Source: Candidatus Collierbacteria bacterium GW2011_GWB1_44_6
GTDB lineage: Bacteria; Patescibacteriota; Microgenomatia; UBA1400; MFAQ01
Length of the DNA: 64,000 bases
Assembly (NCBI GenBank): GCA_000998025.1
Contig: LCJG01000002.1
Span: 891 to 64,890, forward strand
Reading direction: 5' to 3'
The notes beneath the pieces were generated by a model that saw only the letters and a program-made list of their open reading frames with translations, was not told where the DNA came from and did no database searches. A program made the position numbers and the translations under genes. Position 1 is the stretch's first letter, and every line of letters begins with the position of its first letter. Shown one piece after another: positions 48,413 to 57,798 of this stretch.

Positions 48413-49653
48413 GGATGTCTATTCGAATTATACAGTTTTGGAGGATAATAGGAACCAGATTGAACAAAAAAGTGTTGATATTTTCTTTGTTTGTAGGAAT
48501 TTTACTAAGTGCGTTTGATGCATTTCTCTCTTATGTGTTTACCGATAGTGCTCTCTTGGCTCTGATCGGTCAAAGCAAATCCGGTGTATCGAAGGCCGTA
48601 ACGCACCTGCAAAGCAGTTTCCCACGAGAAATGGTCAACCAGACAGGACTGGCACTGATAGCTGTCATTGCCGCTATTCAAGTGATGCTGACTTTTTCAA
48701 AAAAAATAATAGGGCGAAGAGAACTGTTTTTGGCGACAATCATTCCCTCACTCCTGGTTTTTGCTTATCCGATGGTCAGTCGGGATATTTTCAGTTATTT
48801 GTATTATGCCAAGATGGTTTTGGTTCACCATCAGAATCCGTATTTGATAGTACCTTTGGTCAACAGCAGTACCGATCTGTGGCTGGGGTTTGTCCACAAT
48901 GTTGACCGGGTGTACGCATATGGGCCAACGGCGCTGATAATTTCGATAGTCCCTATGCTGATAGCCGGAGGAGAAAAATTACTCGTAAATATATTTTTTG
49001 TTAAACTCGTGAGTTTGACTTTTTTTCTTTTGGGGTCTTGGCTTTTTCTGAAGATTAGCAAGAACAGAAATTTGGTAGTTGTTCTTTGGATACTTAACCC
49101 TTTCATTATCAATGAAATGCTAGTCAATGGACACAATGACTTGTTTATGATTGTTTTTTTCTGGCTGGCAATATATTGGAAACAGAACTCAAAAACAACT
49201 TTGTCGGTCTTGGCTTATCTATTGTCTGTGGGAACCAAATATCTGACGGCGCCCTTGCTGCCGATTCTATTCTTATCCAAAAAATGGCAGACCATACTGT
49301 CTACTCTGTCGATAGTGGTAATAGCGGGATATTTGATTTTACACGGTAACTTACCCTGGTATTACAGCTGGATTTATTTTTGTCTACCTTATCTGAAACT
49401 AAACAAAGGACAGGTTACATCCATTCTGTTTTTACAAATTACATTGCTACTTGGATATGCCGGATTTTTGGAAACCGGTATGTGGGGACCTCCACCCAGT
49501 AGTAATGTAATAATTTTGCTTTCCAAGTCTGTGTGGATGTTTTTGCCTCTATTTATATTCTTCGTCTTTGTAGATCTCCCAAAGCTTCATGTAGGAGAAA
49601 GCATGGTGAAGACCGGAATAAAGGGAAAAAACAAAACCAGGAAAACCATCTAG
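48403..49653 (+). CDS. polytopic membrane protein (possible GT-C / DUF2029-like)
   Basis: 416 aa with at least 10 TM helices. Its C-terminal 105 nt overlap the convergent GT2 gene. Confidence 0.35.
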   Translation: MISWMSIRIIQFWRIIGTRLNKKVLIFSLFVGILLSAFDAFLSYVFTDSALLALIGQSKSGVSKAVTHLQSSFPREMVNQTGLALIAVIAAIQVMLTFSKKIIGRRELFLATIIPSLLVFAYPMVSRDIFSYLYYAKMVLVHHQNPYLIVPLVNSSTDLWLGFVHNVDRVYAYGPTALIISIVPMLIAGGEKLLVNIFFVKLVSLTFFLLGSWLFLKISKNRNLVVVLWILNPFIINEMLVNGHNDLFMIVFFWLAIYWKQNSKTTLSVLAYLLSVGTKYLTAPLLPILFLSKKWQTILSTLSIVVIAGYLILHGNLPWYYSWIYFCLPYLKLNKGQVTSILFLQITLLLGYAGFLETGMWGPPPSSNVIILLSKSVWMFLPLFIFFVFVDLPKLHVGESMVKTGIKGKNKTRKTI

Positions 49654-50424
49654 GAAGCCACGATAGCGGAAGTACAAGCTCAGAAAAGTACCTAGGGGTT
49701 TGAAAAATAAATAATTTAAGGTATTAAAGAGGTTCACTTTGACACCAGCATCTTTGAGCTGGTGGGCATGGAGGCTAGAGTAAGAATTTTCTCTGAGTAA
49801 ATATCGGGAAAAATTTGGCGTAGCAAGGTGGTCTAGATCAGACATGAGCCAACCAGTGACACCCTTGACTATCATTTGTTCGTGAACATCCTTGGCAGGA
49901 AGTCTGGCTTTACCTCTTTGGAATAGGCGGATGACCGGATCGGGGTATTGGCCGGCGTTCTCGAGATATCTATTCAGGAAGAAATTTTTTCTAGGTAGGT
50001 AGTATGCGGAGGCCGGGGATCTGAGCAATTGTGGCTCAGAAAAAATCTTTATTATTTTATTTATTGAGGATTTGAGGGGAGAAATCCAACTGTCATAACC
50101 GAAATATGATCCCTCCAAGATGCCGAGTATTTCTTTGACCATTTCTTTGGTCACTCTTTCGTCCGCGTCCATTTGCAGAATCCAATCTGATTTGGCCGAT
50201 CGATTGGCAATATCTTTTTGAACATGGAAAACAGGATTATTTGGCCGCAGTATAACTTTGACCCCCAGCTTTTTGGCGATCTCAGCAGTATTGTCCGTGG
50301 AGTAGCCATCAACGACGACAATCTCATCGGCAAAATCCTTGACCGATTCCAGACAGGCGGCAATATTCGCCTCTTCATTATATGTAGCGAGAGTGACAGA
50401 AATGGTTTGGCGTTTTGTTTTCAT
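49549..50424 (-). CDS. GT2 family glycosyltransferase
   Basis: ISVTLATYNEEANIAACLESVKDFADEIVVVDGYSTDNT. Confidence 0.8.
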   Translation of the reverse strand: MKTKRQTISVTLATYNEEANIAACLESVKDFADEIVVVDGYSTDNTAEIAKKLGVKVILRPNNPVFHVQKDIANRSAKSDWILQMDADERVTKEMVKEILGILEGSYFGYDSWISPLKSSINKIIKIFSEPQLLRSPASAYYLPRKNFFLNRYLENAGQYPDPVIRLFQRGKARLPAKDVHEQMIVKGVTGWLMSDLDHLATPNFSRYLLRENSYSSLHAHQLKDAGVKVNLFNTLNYLFFKPLGTFLSLYFRYRGFLDGFPGFVFSLYSGLHHAFSYMKLWEIYKDEEYK

Positions 50425-52232
50425 TTTTTGATGGTTGAGATTGCTTCGTCGACTTCGTCTCCTCGCAATGGCGGAGGGGAGGTGGAGATAAATTTGAACA
50501 TGGTGCCTCCGGAAGGAGATTTTACTGTACCGATGACGTTGTTGTCATCTACTTTCTCTTCGGCGGTTATCAGGAGGGTATTCGGAAGCAACTTGTCCTG
50601 TTCATAATTGATAGTCCGGAATTCATACTTGCCTAGTTTGCGGCCGGTGGCAAAGCCAAAGTGGTCGGGGGAAGACATAACAATATCTCTTTGCAGATCC
50701 GCCGGCGGATACTGGGTAAAGAAAGCGATCAGAATATATGGCTGGTCGTAGCGGTCGGTAACGATAATGTGATCGTATTTGTCGTAATTATCTTTGGTGT
50801 AAACGGCGATTTGATCGAAGCCATACTGCCAAGCATACGGAAGCTCTTTGGGATAGTGGACGTAATACATATGTAGATAACGGGAAAAGTCGTAAGAGAT
50901 AAATAAGGTTGCGATGGCTAGGAAAATGGGAAGTAGTTTGGGAAGGTGACTTTTGATGAACACAAAAAACTCAACAAGACCAAGAGCGGAAATAATCATC
51001 AGTGGGACAGCCATATTTGCTGCTCTTAGGGCGTGAGGGGACTGGAAGGTAATTGAGGCGGCCAGGGGTGCAATGAGGAACCAAGCGAAAATTAGTTTCT
51101 TGCCAGAAGAATCCAACTTTATCAAAGAAATAAATCCTAGAACGAAGACGGGCAGAAGGACCAGTATACTTTGACCGGTTTCCGGCACCTTGCTTCTGGC
51201 TATGGCGTCACCATTGAGAAAAAGGAAATCGGGAGAGTAGTGCGACAAATAGTTTTCGATAAATCTGAGCGAATATGAAAGGTAGCGGTTGTGAATAAGC
51301 CTGACCGGAAGAGTATCTTTATCGGTGTGCTGGAGCCGGTAATTGGTGGCCTGCCACTCCGGCCCGGTGTCGGCAAAAATGGAGACACCTGAAAAACGCG
51401 ACTGGCCTTCTTTGGAGAGAAGTTGGGTGGCAATTGGAAGGGAAAGAAGGAGGCCGAGGAGACAGGAGAAGAAAAAGGTTCTGGTGGTTGTTGGAGTGAG
51501 ATCCCTCCACTTCGGTCGGGATGACGATAAAGCAGGAATGACAACAGTACCTGAGAATAGATCTTTCCAGTAGATAATGACCAAGGATAAAGAAAGTAGA
51601 GGCGAGATGACTCTGGCGGAATGATAGGTATAGAGACTGAGAGCGAGTGAAGTGACAAAGAGAAAGAAATAGTTTGCCTGCCTCCCGGCAGGTAAAGTTT
51701 TTTCAATCCCTTTCAAAAAACCCCAGACCCCAAGAAGCATGAAAAAAGTGGCGGCGTTTACTTCCCAACCACCCCGGGAGAAGTGAAGATGCCAGGGGGA
51801 AATGGCGAGGAGGAGGGCGGAGATATGAGGAAAGTATTTATATGTTGTAGTTACTGGATGGATTCCCGCCTTCGCGGGAATGACAGCAGTGACGGGGGGG
51901 AATAATAGTTTGACGATTAGGTAGATGAGGAGGACGCTGGCGACTCCCAATATGGCGGAGGGGAGACGGACGGCCGTGACGGTGAGGCCGAGGAATTTGA
52001 CGAAGGGCAGAACCAGATAGAAATAGACGGGGGGTTTGTAATCGTCAAAGGAACGGAAGACCTGAGGCCAGGCGACAGAGTGTTCGTCTTTGCCCGTCTC
52101 AATAAGACTCCAAGCATTGTAGCCGATCGCCGCTTCATCAGCATTGAGACCAGCGGGAAAACTGCTCAGAAAAGGCAGTCTGAGTAAGGCTGCTAAGATG
52201 ACAATGGCGATGATGAAAAAATGTTTTTTCAC
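50421..52232 (-). CDS. GT-C glycosyltransferase, GT39/PMT_2 family (ArnT/Pmt-like) paralog 1 of a tandem array
   Basis: LLRLPFLSSFPAGLNADEAAIGYNAWSLIETGKDEHS...AVRLPSAILG is the canonical PMT_2/ArnT N-terminus. 603 aa. Confidence 0.8.
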   Translation of the reverse strand: MKKHFFIIAIVILAALLRLPFLSSFPAGLNADEAAIGYNAWSLIETGKDEHSVAWPQVFRSFDDYKPPVYFYLVLPFVKFLGLTVTAVRLPSAILGVASVLLIYLIVKLLFPPVTAVIPAKAGIHPVTTTYKYFPHISALLLAISPWHLHFSRGGWEVNAATFFMLLGVWGFLKGIEKTLPAGRQANYFFLFVTSLALSLYTYHSARVISPLLSLSLVIIYWKDLFSGTVVIPALSSSRPKWRDLTPTTTRTFFFSCLLGLLLSLPIATQLLSKEGQSRFSGVSIFADTGPEWQATNYRLQHTDKDTLPVRLIHNRYLSYSLRFIENYLSHYSPDFLFLNGDAIARSKVPETGQSILVLLPVFVLGFISLIKLDSSGKKLIFAWFLIAPLAASITFQSPHALRAANMAVPLMIISALGLVEFFVFIKSHLPKLLPIFLAIATLFISYDFSRYLHMYYVHYPKELPYAWQYGFDQIAVYTKDNYDKYDHIIVTDRYDQPYILIAFFTQYPPADLQRDIVMSSPDHFGFATGRKLGKYEFRTINYEQDKLLPNTLLITAEEKVDDNNVIGTVKSPSGGTMFKFISTSPPPLRGDEVDEAISTIKK

Positions 52233-53872
52233 TGAGCTTTGGTTTTGATGATTCTTAAAGCAACTTCCCCATTGGGATATAAAACGTCCATGTGTTTATC
52301 AATGGTGGGTAGAGAAAAATCGAAGTCCTCGGGAAAGTTCCCAATAGTACCCACAAAAATAGTATCCGGCTGGGTTTGTACTTCGGAAAGCCCTGACTGG
52401 TGGAACTCTACCCGGCCAACATTAGCAACCTTGCCGACGTCTAGCCCCCCCGACTGGAACTCATTAATTTTTTGATAAGTGGCGGGGTCAAAGCGGGAAT
52501 AAAAAAGATAGAAGATGTATGGCTGGCCAAAGACGTCGGTAATGACCGCTTTGCTTTCCGGGTACTCACTGACAAACTGAATCGCCTCTTTGAAGCCATA
52601 TTGGAATTCTCTGGCGTAAGTAAAATTTGTATGGACAAATAATAGATCAAGAAAATAAACGAAGAAGACTAGGGTGGCGAGAAGATTAATAAAGAAGAAC
52701 AGCTTAATTTTGCTAAAAGCGTAAAACGCCCCTAAACCACAAATTATGGCTAAGGGAATGGTCAAGAAAAAGGCCCTGACGGTGGAGTACTCTGACAAAG
52801 TAAGTGAGCCAGTAATGGGTGCGAGTAACAGTAGCCCGGCTATGAGCAGTGAATTCTTTTGATGAGAAAATTTTATAAGAAAGACTAACCCAAGCAAGAA
52901 CCATACTATATCAAAAGGCAGAAGCATGCCCATGCCCGGAATGTGACCTCGTTCGACGATATCGGTGCCTTCGAAGAAGAGCAAATTGGGACTGAGATGC
53001 TTGAGATAGCGGCTGGCGACAAGACGTGAAGTGAGCTGGAACTGGTTGTGAAATAAATTTAGACTGACCGGATTATTCTCGTCGATGTTTTTTATTTCCT
53101 GACTAATTCCCGGACGGTAACCAAAGATGCTGAGACGTTTTAACCGATTTCCCGCTTCTCCGGAAGCAGTTGACAGGTAAAATGCCAAAAAGAAGGCCAT
53201 CGAAAAAGCAAGAAGCGCTCTATTGAATTTGACTGAGGTGTATTGTTTGAAGTTTGTAGAAAAGTCTGACCAAAAAAGTATGACCGGAAGTAAGAGAACT
53301 AAGGGGGTAAGAAGCTTGGCGGCCTGATAAGTCAGAAAAGTAAGCAAGGCCAGGACAATGGACCAACCGAGGTACTTACCCGAGTGAATAAAGCGAATCA
53401 GAAAATATAAAGAGAAAAGTAACAGAGTGGCGAAGATATTGGTTTCCCAGGCTCCCCGGCTGAAATGAATATGCCAGGGCATAAGGGCTAGAGAGAGGGC
53501 ACAAAAAGACGCCAAGAGAGTCTTGTTTTTGTTTTCTCTAACAATTTCAGAGACCAATAAGAAGACACCGTAGATGGCTAAGATACCAGCCAAAGCGCTG
53601 GGGAGACGGGTGGCGAACTCGGAGAGACCCAGAATGGCGATGGGAGGAATGGCTAAATAGACATAAAGTCCGGGTTTGTAATCACCGAAGCTTTTAAAAA
53701 CAATGGGCAGGAACTTTCCGAATTCATCCCGGCCGGTTTTTATAATGGAAAAAGCGTTGTAACCCAAAGCAGCTTCGTCCCAGGTGAGAGCGTTGGGTAG
53801 TGAACCCAGCTGATAAAGTCTGAGGAGAGAACCGATAACTATGGCAAAGATTAATAACCAATATTTTTTCAT
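52229..53872 (-). CDS. GT39/PMT_2-family glycosyltransferase paralog 2
   Basis: LLRLYQLGSLPNALTWDEAALGYNAFSIIKTGRDEFG...ATRLPSALAG. Confidence 0.8.
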   Translation of the reverse strand: MKKYWLLIFAIVIGSLLRLYQLGSLPNALTWDEAALGYNAFSIIKTGRDEFGKFLPIVFKSFGDYKPGLYVYLAIPPIAILGLSEFATRLPSALAGILAIYGVFLLVSEIVRENKNKTLLASFCALSLALMPWHIHFSRGAWETNIFATLLLFSLYFLIRFIHSGKYLGWSIVLALLTFLTYQAAKLLTPLVLLLPVILFWSDFSTNFKQYTSVKFNRALLAFSMAFFLAFYLSTASGEAGNRLKRLSIFGYRPGISQEIKNIDENNPVSLNLFHNQFQLTSRLVASRYLKHLSPNLLFFEGTDIVERGHIPGMGMLLPFDIVWFLLGLVFLIKFSHQKNSLLIAGLLLLAPITGSLTLSEYSTVRAFFLTIPLAIICGLGAFYAFSKIKLFFFINLLATLVFFVYFLDLLFVHTNFTYAREFQYGFKEAIQFVSEYPESKAVITDVFGQPYIFYLFYSRFDPATYQKINEFQSGGLDVGKVANVGRVEFHQSGLSEVQTQPDTIFVGTIGNFPEDFDFSLPTIDKHMDVLYPNGEVALRIIKTKAQ

Positions 53873-55554
53873 GGAAGTTCGATTATTTTGAAGGCGACAG
53901 ATCCGTCCAAGAAATTAATAGTCTTGAGAACATTAGCACCGGCAGGGATGCGGTCAGGGGAGGCGACCAAGAGGCTCTTGGAAGTGGGCATTATGTCACC
54001 GCTTTCGAGAGTGAGAGAAGTAAATTGTTCCACGGGAATTTGCCAGTCATTTACGAAGTAATAGTCACCTACCTTATCGGTCCAGAACCAGTCCGACTTC
54101 CCAAAACGGATATTATCACCTCCGGGCTGAAGCACTTGAGGATGAATCCGGTTATAAAATGCGTAAAAAATGTGTGGTTCTCCATAAAACTTGGAAATGA
54201 AGAACTTCGGATATTGTTTTTGAGTATTCAAAAAATCTAAAACTTCCCGGTAACCATATTGCCAAGATTTTGAGTAGCTCTTGGCGTAAGTCACGAAATA
54301 ATCATTTGCATAGATGGCAAAGTTGCCAATAGTGAGAAGGAAAATAACTGCAGTCAAAATTTTTCCGGTGGTGGCAGATAGCTTGGTCTGCAAGAACAGT
54401 AGTCCCAAGCCGCCGATAATTACCATGGCAGGGATCATGGGATTTGGACGTAGGGCCTGAGGGGGATCGACAGTAAGAGCTGAAGCGATAGGGGAGAGCA
54501 GAAACCAGGAAAGGATCAGTTGGTGGGATTTTTCACCCGGGTTTTTAATAATGAAAAATAGACCGGCGATAAACAAAACCATGACAGGAAAACCTAAAAG
54601 ATTTCTACCGGGAATGGCAAACTGGAACTGAGCTCCCCTACTCTGATTAAAAAAGTCAGTGGTGAAATAGCCAAAATAATTATTGATAAATGTTTGAACA
54701 AAATAGACAGGGCGATTGTAGACAAATTTGGCGACAAGAGGTGGTAAGCCGCTCTCGATTCTTTTCTGGCCAAGGGTATAGGCCGTCGATTCCGTGATGA
54801 TATTAAGTTTGCCATAGCGGGCAGTACCCGTGCCGGCAAAAATTTGATAAGCGACAATAGAGGCGAAGGCTCCGAGAATAAAAATAGAAAATAAAAGAGT
54901 GCGGGTGATTTTTATTTTTTTCCAATAAATGACGATGAAAGCTAGGAGAAGGACCGGGACAAAGACCCTGGCAGTATTGTAGGTATGCAGTGACAAACCA
55001 AAAAGAAAGGCAGACGGAATAAATAATACAGATTTTTTTAGACCGGTGAGTAAAAAATAGGTAGCGAAAATAATCAGAGTCAGTGCGAGATTGGCTTCTA
55101 GCGCCGGGCGGGAAATAAAGAAATGCCAAGGAAGAAGAGCAAGGAAGAAGGCTGAGAGTAATGGGAGATTTAGAAAATGCTTCTGTTTGGGCAAAAAATT
55201 CGCAATGACAGATGAGGAAAAGAGTTCACGAGTGAGGAGGAAGATACCGGGGATGGCAAGAGTGCCGGCCAAGGCGGAAATGAAACGGAGAGAGAAGGTG
55301 GTGAGACCAAAAAGCCAAACAGGGATTACAGAGAGATAGATATATAAGGGAAGTTTGTAATCTCCAAAAGCACGGAAGATCAAAGGGAATTTGACTCCCC
55401 ATTCGTCTTTGCCGGTCAGCAAAATGGAGTAGGCGTTGTAACCATGACTGATCTCGTCCCAGTTGGGAGAGACGGGAAATTTGTCCAGTAGAAAAAATCT
55501 CAGGAAGCCACCAAAAAGAGTGATTAGCAGTATATAAAGTAGAGTTTTTTTCAT
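53869..55554 (-). CDS. GT39/PMT_2-family glycosyltransferase paralog 3
   Basis: FLRFFLLDKFPVSPNWDEISHGYNAYSILLTGKDEWG...SLRFISALAG. Confidence 0.8.
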   Translation of the reverse strand: MKKTLLYILLITLFGGFLRFFLLDKFPVSPNWDEISHGYNAYSILLTGKDEWGVKFPLIFRAFGDYKLPLYIYLSVIPVWLFGLTTFSLRFISALAGTLAIPGIFLLTRELFSSSVIANFLPKQKHFLNLPLLSAFFLALLPWHFFISRPALEANLALTLIIFATYFLLTGLKKSVLFIPSAFLFGLSLHTYNTARVFVPVLLLAFIVIYWKKIKITRTLLFSIFILGAFASIVAYQIFAGTGTARYGKLNIITESTAYTLGQKRIESGLPPLVAKFVYNRPVYFVQTFINNYFGYFTTDFFNQSRGAQFQFAIPGRNLLGFPVMVLFIAGLFFIIKNPGEKSHQLILSWFLLSPIASALTVDPPQALRPNPMIPAMVIIGGLGLLFLQTKLSATTGKILTAVIFLLTIGNFAIYANDYFVTYAKSYSKSWQYGYREVLDFLNTQKQYPKFFISKFYGEPHIFYAFYNRIHPQVLQPGGDNIRFGKSDWFWTDKVGDYYFVNDWQIPVEQFTSLTLESGDIMPTSKSLLVASPDRIPAGANVLKTINFLDGSVAFKIIELP

Positions 55555-57263
55555 TTCTTAAAATCGAAGACTTCCATTATTATCTCACCAGTAGGCGTTA
55601 GAACCTGATAGATTGTATGCCTATCGGTAGGTAAGGGGGCAATTTTTTGGGCAATATACAAAGTGTGTTCGTTCCTATCTTCCTGCCAGTCTAGAGTCTC
55701 AAAAATGTACTTGTCGCCGAGTCGGTAATGGTCCATCTGGTCCAGATAAGAGATGGGCCTTTTCTTTATCTTTATGTCCCAGGTTTGGGTAGCTAACTGA
55801 AACTGTTCAGGGGGAGTATGCTGATAAAAAGCGACATAGACCTGAGACTGGGTGCCCTTTTCAACTAGGACGGCTTGATAATTTCCCTCTATTTCCGAGA
55901 CTACCTTCATGGCATCTCTCCATCCATATGAAATTGCTTTGGGAAAAGTCACTCTAGAATTAAAATAATAGTCTTCCAGATAAAAAATAGTCAAAACTAG
56001 AGCGAAGATAATAAAGGTTGTCAAAATTAATTTGCGGAATTTAAATTTTATTTCGAGAAGGTTTACAGCTCCAAAGGCAGCGATAATTTCCCAGACAACC
56101 AAAAAGGAACCGGCCCTATTTGGACGATAACCTTCTTTGGTAAGGGCGGCGGGGATGGCTGCCAATAGGAGCCAGAGAATTAGTGGACGGGCGTCAAAAT
56201 CTTGGTTGTCTTTCTTCCGTATTAATAAAAATAAACCGTACAATACCAAGGGAAGCATCCAAAAGTATAAAAGTCCCCTTCCGGGAATAACTGAATAAGT
56301 GATTTCCCTACCTCCCTCTGTGAACCAAAAGGGTAGTGAGAAATAACTGAGATAGTTTTCGGCAAACTGAGAAGTGACTGTAAATATTTTCCGGTGAAAG
56401 AGCCTGGGGATTTTGGGGTGAACTTTGGAGAGAGGCGAGTAAAAGGACTGGTCATCTATCTGTTTGAGATTGACAGTGTCCAGGTTGGTAATCAGGAGAT
56501 CCCCTCCCCTTTTGGCCGAGTTTCCGAATACCATATCTAATCCGAGTGGGCTGATCAGAATAACGACGAGCATGATGGAGGGAATGAGGGGACGGAGCCC
56601 TCGATCAAAAATTTGTTTTCGATAGATATAAACCATGGAAATGGCGAAAAGCGGGACAAAAACTTTGGTGGAGTGATAGGCGTAGAGACTAAAGCCCCAA
56701 AGGAGACTGGCGTAGACAAACTGGCGGTGGTCCCTCAGACCTTGCAAAAAGAAGTAGAGGCCAAGGGGAAAAAGAAAGGAGGTGAGGTTTACTTCCAGAG
56801 CAGTCCGGGAAAATTGGATATGCCAAGGGGAGAGGGCGAGGAAGAGAGCGGCGTAAAGCGGAAGGTTATTGAATGGATTCCCGATCAGGTCGGGAATGAC
56901 ACGTTTTTTGGAAACGTGTGGGATTCGGGGGAAAAGTTCGGAGGCAAGGAGAAAGACGGCAAGGATGGCTAGAGTACCAAAAATGGCGCTGGGAAGACGG
57001 GCGGCAAATTCATTGAGCCCAAAAAGTGCAATGCTTGGCATCATCAAATACGTTTGAAGAGGGGCTTTGTAATCCAAGAAGGACTTGAAAGAAACAATCG
57101 GCCAGGCAATTCCCCACTCATCTTTTCCTGTTTGAAGGAGACTGTAGGCGGTGTAGGCTTGGCTGGCTTCGTCGGGAGAGAAACCTGCAGGAATTGAACC
57201 TAGAAAGATTAAGCGGATCGATAGTCCGAGAAGAAGGATCAAAGCCAGAAGTTTTAACTTCAT
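55551..57263 (-). CDS. GT39/PMT_2-family glycosyltransferase paralog 4
   Basis: SIRLIFLGSIPAGFSPDEASQAYTAYSLLQTGKDEWG...AARLPSAIFG. Confidence 0.8.
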   Translation of the reverse strand: MKLKLLALILLLGLSIRLIFLGSIPAGFSPDEASQAYTAYSLLQTGKDEWGIAWPIVSFKSFLDYKAPLQTYLMMPSIALFGLNEFAARLPSAIFGTLAILAVFLLASELFPRIPHVSKKRVIPDLIGNPFNNLPLYAALFLALSPWHIQFSRTALEVNLTSFLFPLGLYFFLQGLRDHRQFVYASLLWGFSLYAYHSTKVFVPLFAISMVYIYRKQIFDRGLRPLIPSIMLVVILISPLGLDMVFGNSAKRGGDLLITNLDTVNLKQIDDQSFYSPLSKVHPKIPRLFHRKIFTVTSQFAENYLSYFSLPFWFTEGGREITYSVIPGRGLLYFWMLPLVLYGLFLLIRKKDNQDFDARPLILWLLLAAIPAALTKEGYRPNRAGSFLVVWEIIAAFGAVNLLEIKFKFRKLILTTFIIFALVLTIFYLEDYYFNSRVTFPKAISYGWRDAMKVVSEIEGNYQAVLVEKGTQSQVYVAFYQHTPPEQFQLATQTWDIKIKKRPISYLDQMDHYRLGDKYIFETLDWQEDRNEHTLYIAQKIAPLPTDRHTIYQVLTPTGEIIMEVFDFKK

Positions 57264-57309
57264 GAGTATATTATACTAATCTCCGGTGTGACAATGTTAA
57301 ACTTGAGTC

Positions 57310-57798
57310 ATGGAACTGAGTTGGGAGGAGACCAGAAAATTTATATCTAAATATCTGTTGATATATTTTGGTTTGGCCCTCGTTTTATTTTTTGTCTTGC
57401 GGTGGTATAAGACCGCAAATTTTTCTCAGGATACTCTGGAAACGATGTTGACGACCGTCTCGGTCTTAAGAGATAAAACTGATGATCCTTGTAAGTATGC
57501 TATTCTCGGGGAGCCGACGACGGCACAGGCAAACTATGTCAAGGTCAATATATATTGCGGTAGAACAAAATCTTTGAATTCAATGGACCTGCGGGCTATC
57601 AAAGAAAAAACGGTGGGTGGTGCATTGACAGAACTGGCCAGAATAAATGGCTATACCGGAAACCGCAACAACTGGATATGCAAATTAAACAGAAAGCCTT
57701 TCGTGAGCTTTGAGGAGAAATTGGAATCGAAGGCGACGGTTGATTGTTTCCTGGGACTTTCCGAAAAAGAAATCGCCAAATATTATGAAACTATTTAA
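57310..57798 (+). CDS. hypothetical single-pass membrane protein with a 4-Cys extracytoplasmic domain
   Basis: TM helix LLIYFGLALVLFFVL, then a soluble domain with C61, C83, C124 and C146. Confidence 0.35.
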   Translation: MELSWEETRKFISKYLLIYFGLALVLFFVLRWYKTANFSQDTLETMLTTVSVLRDKTDDPCKYAILGEPTTAQANYVKVNIYCGRTKSLNSMDLRAIKEKTVGGALTELARINGYTGNRNNWICKLNRKPFVSFEEKLESKATVDCFLGLSEKEIAKYYETI

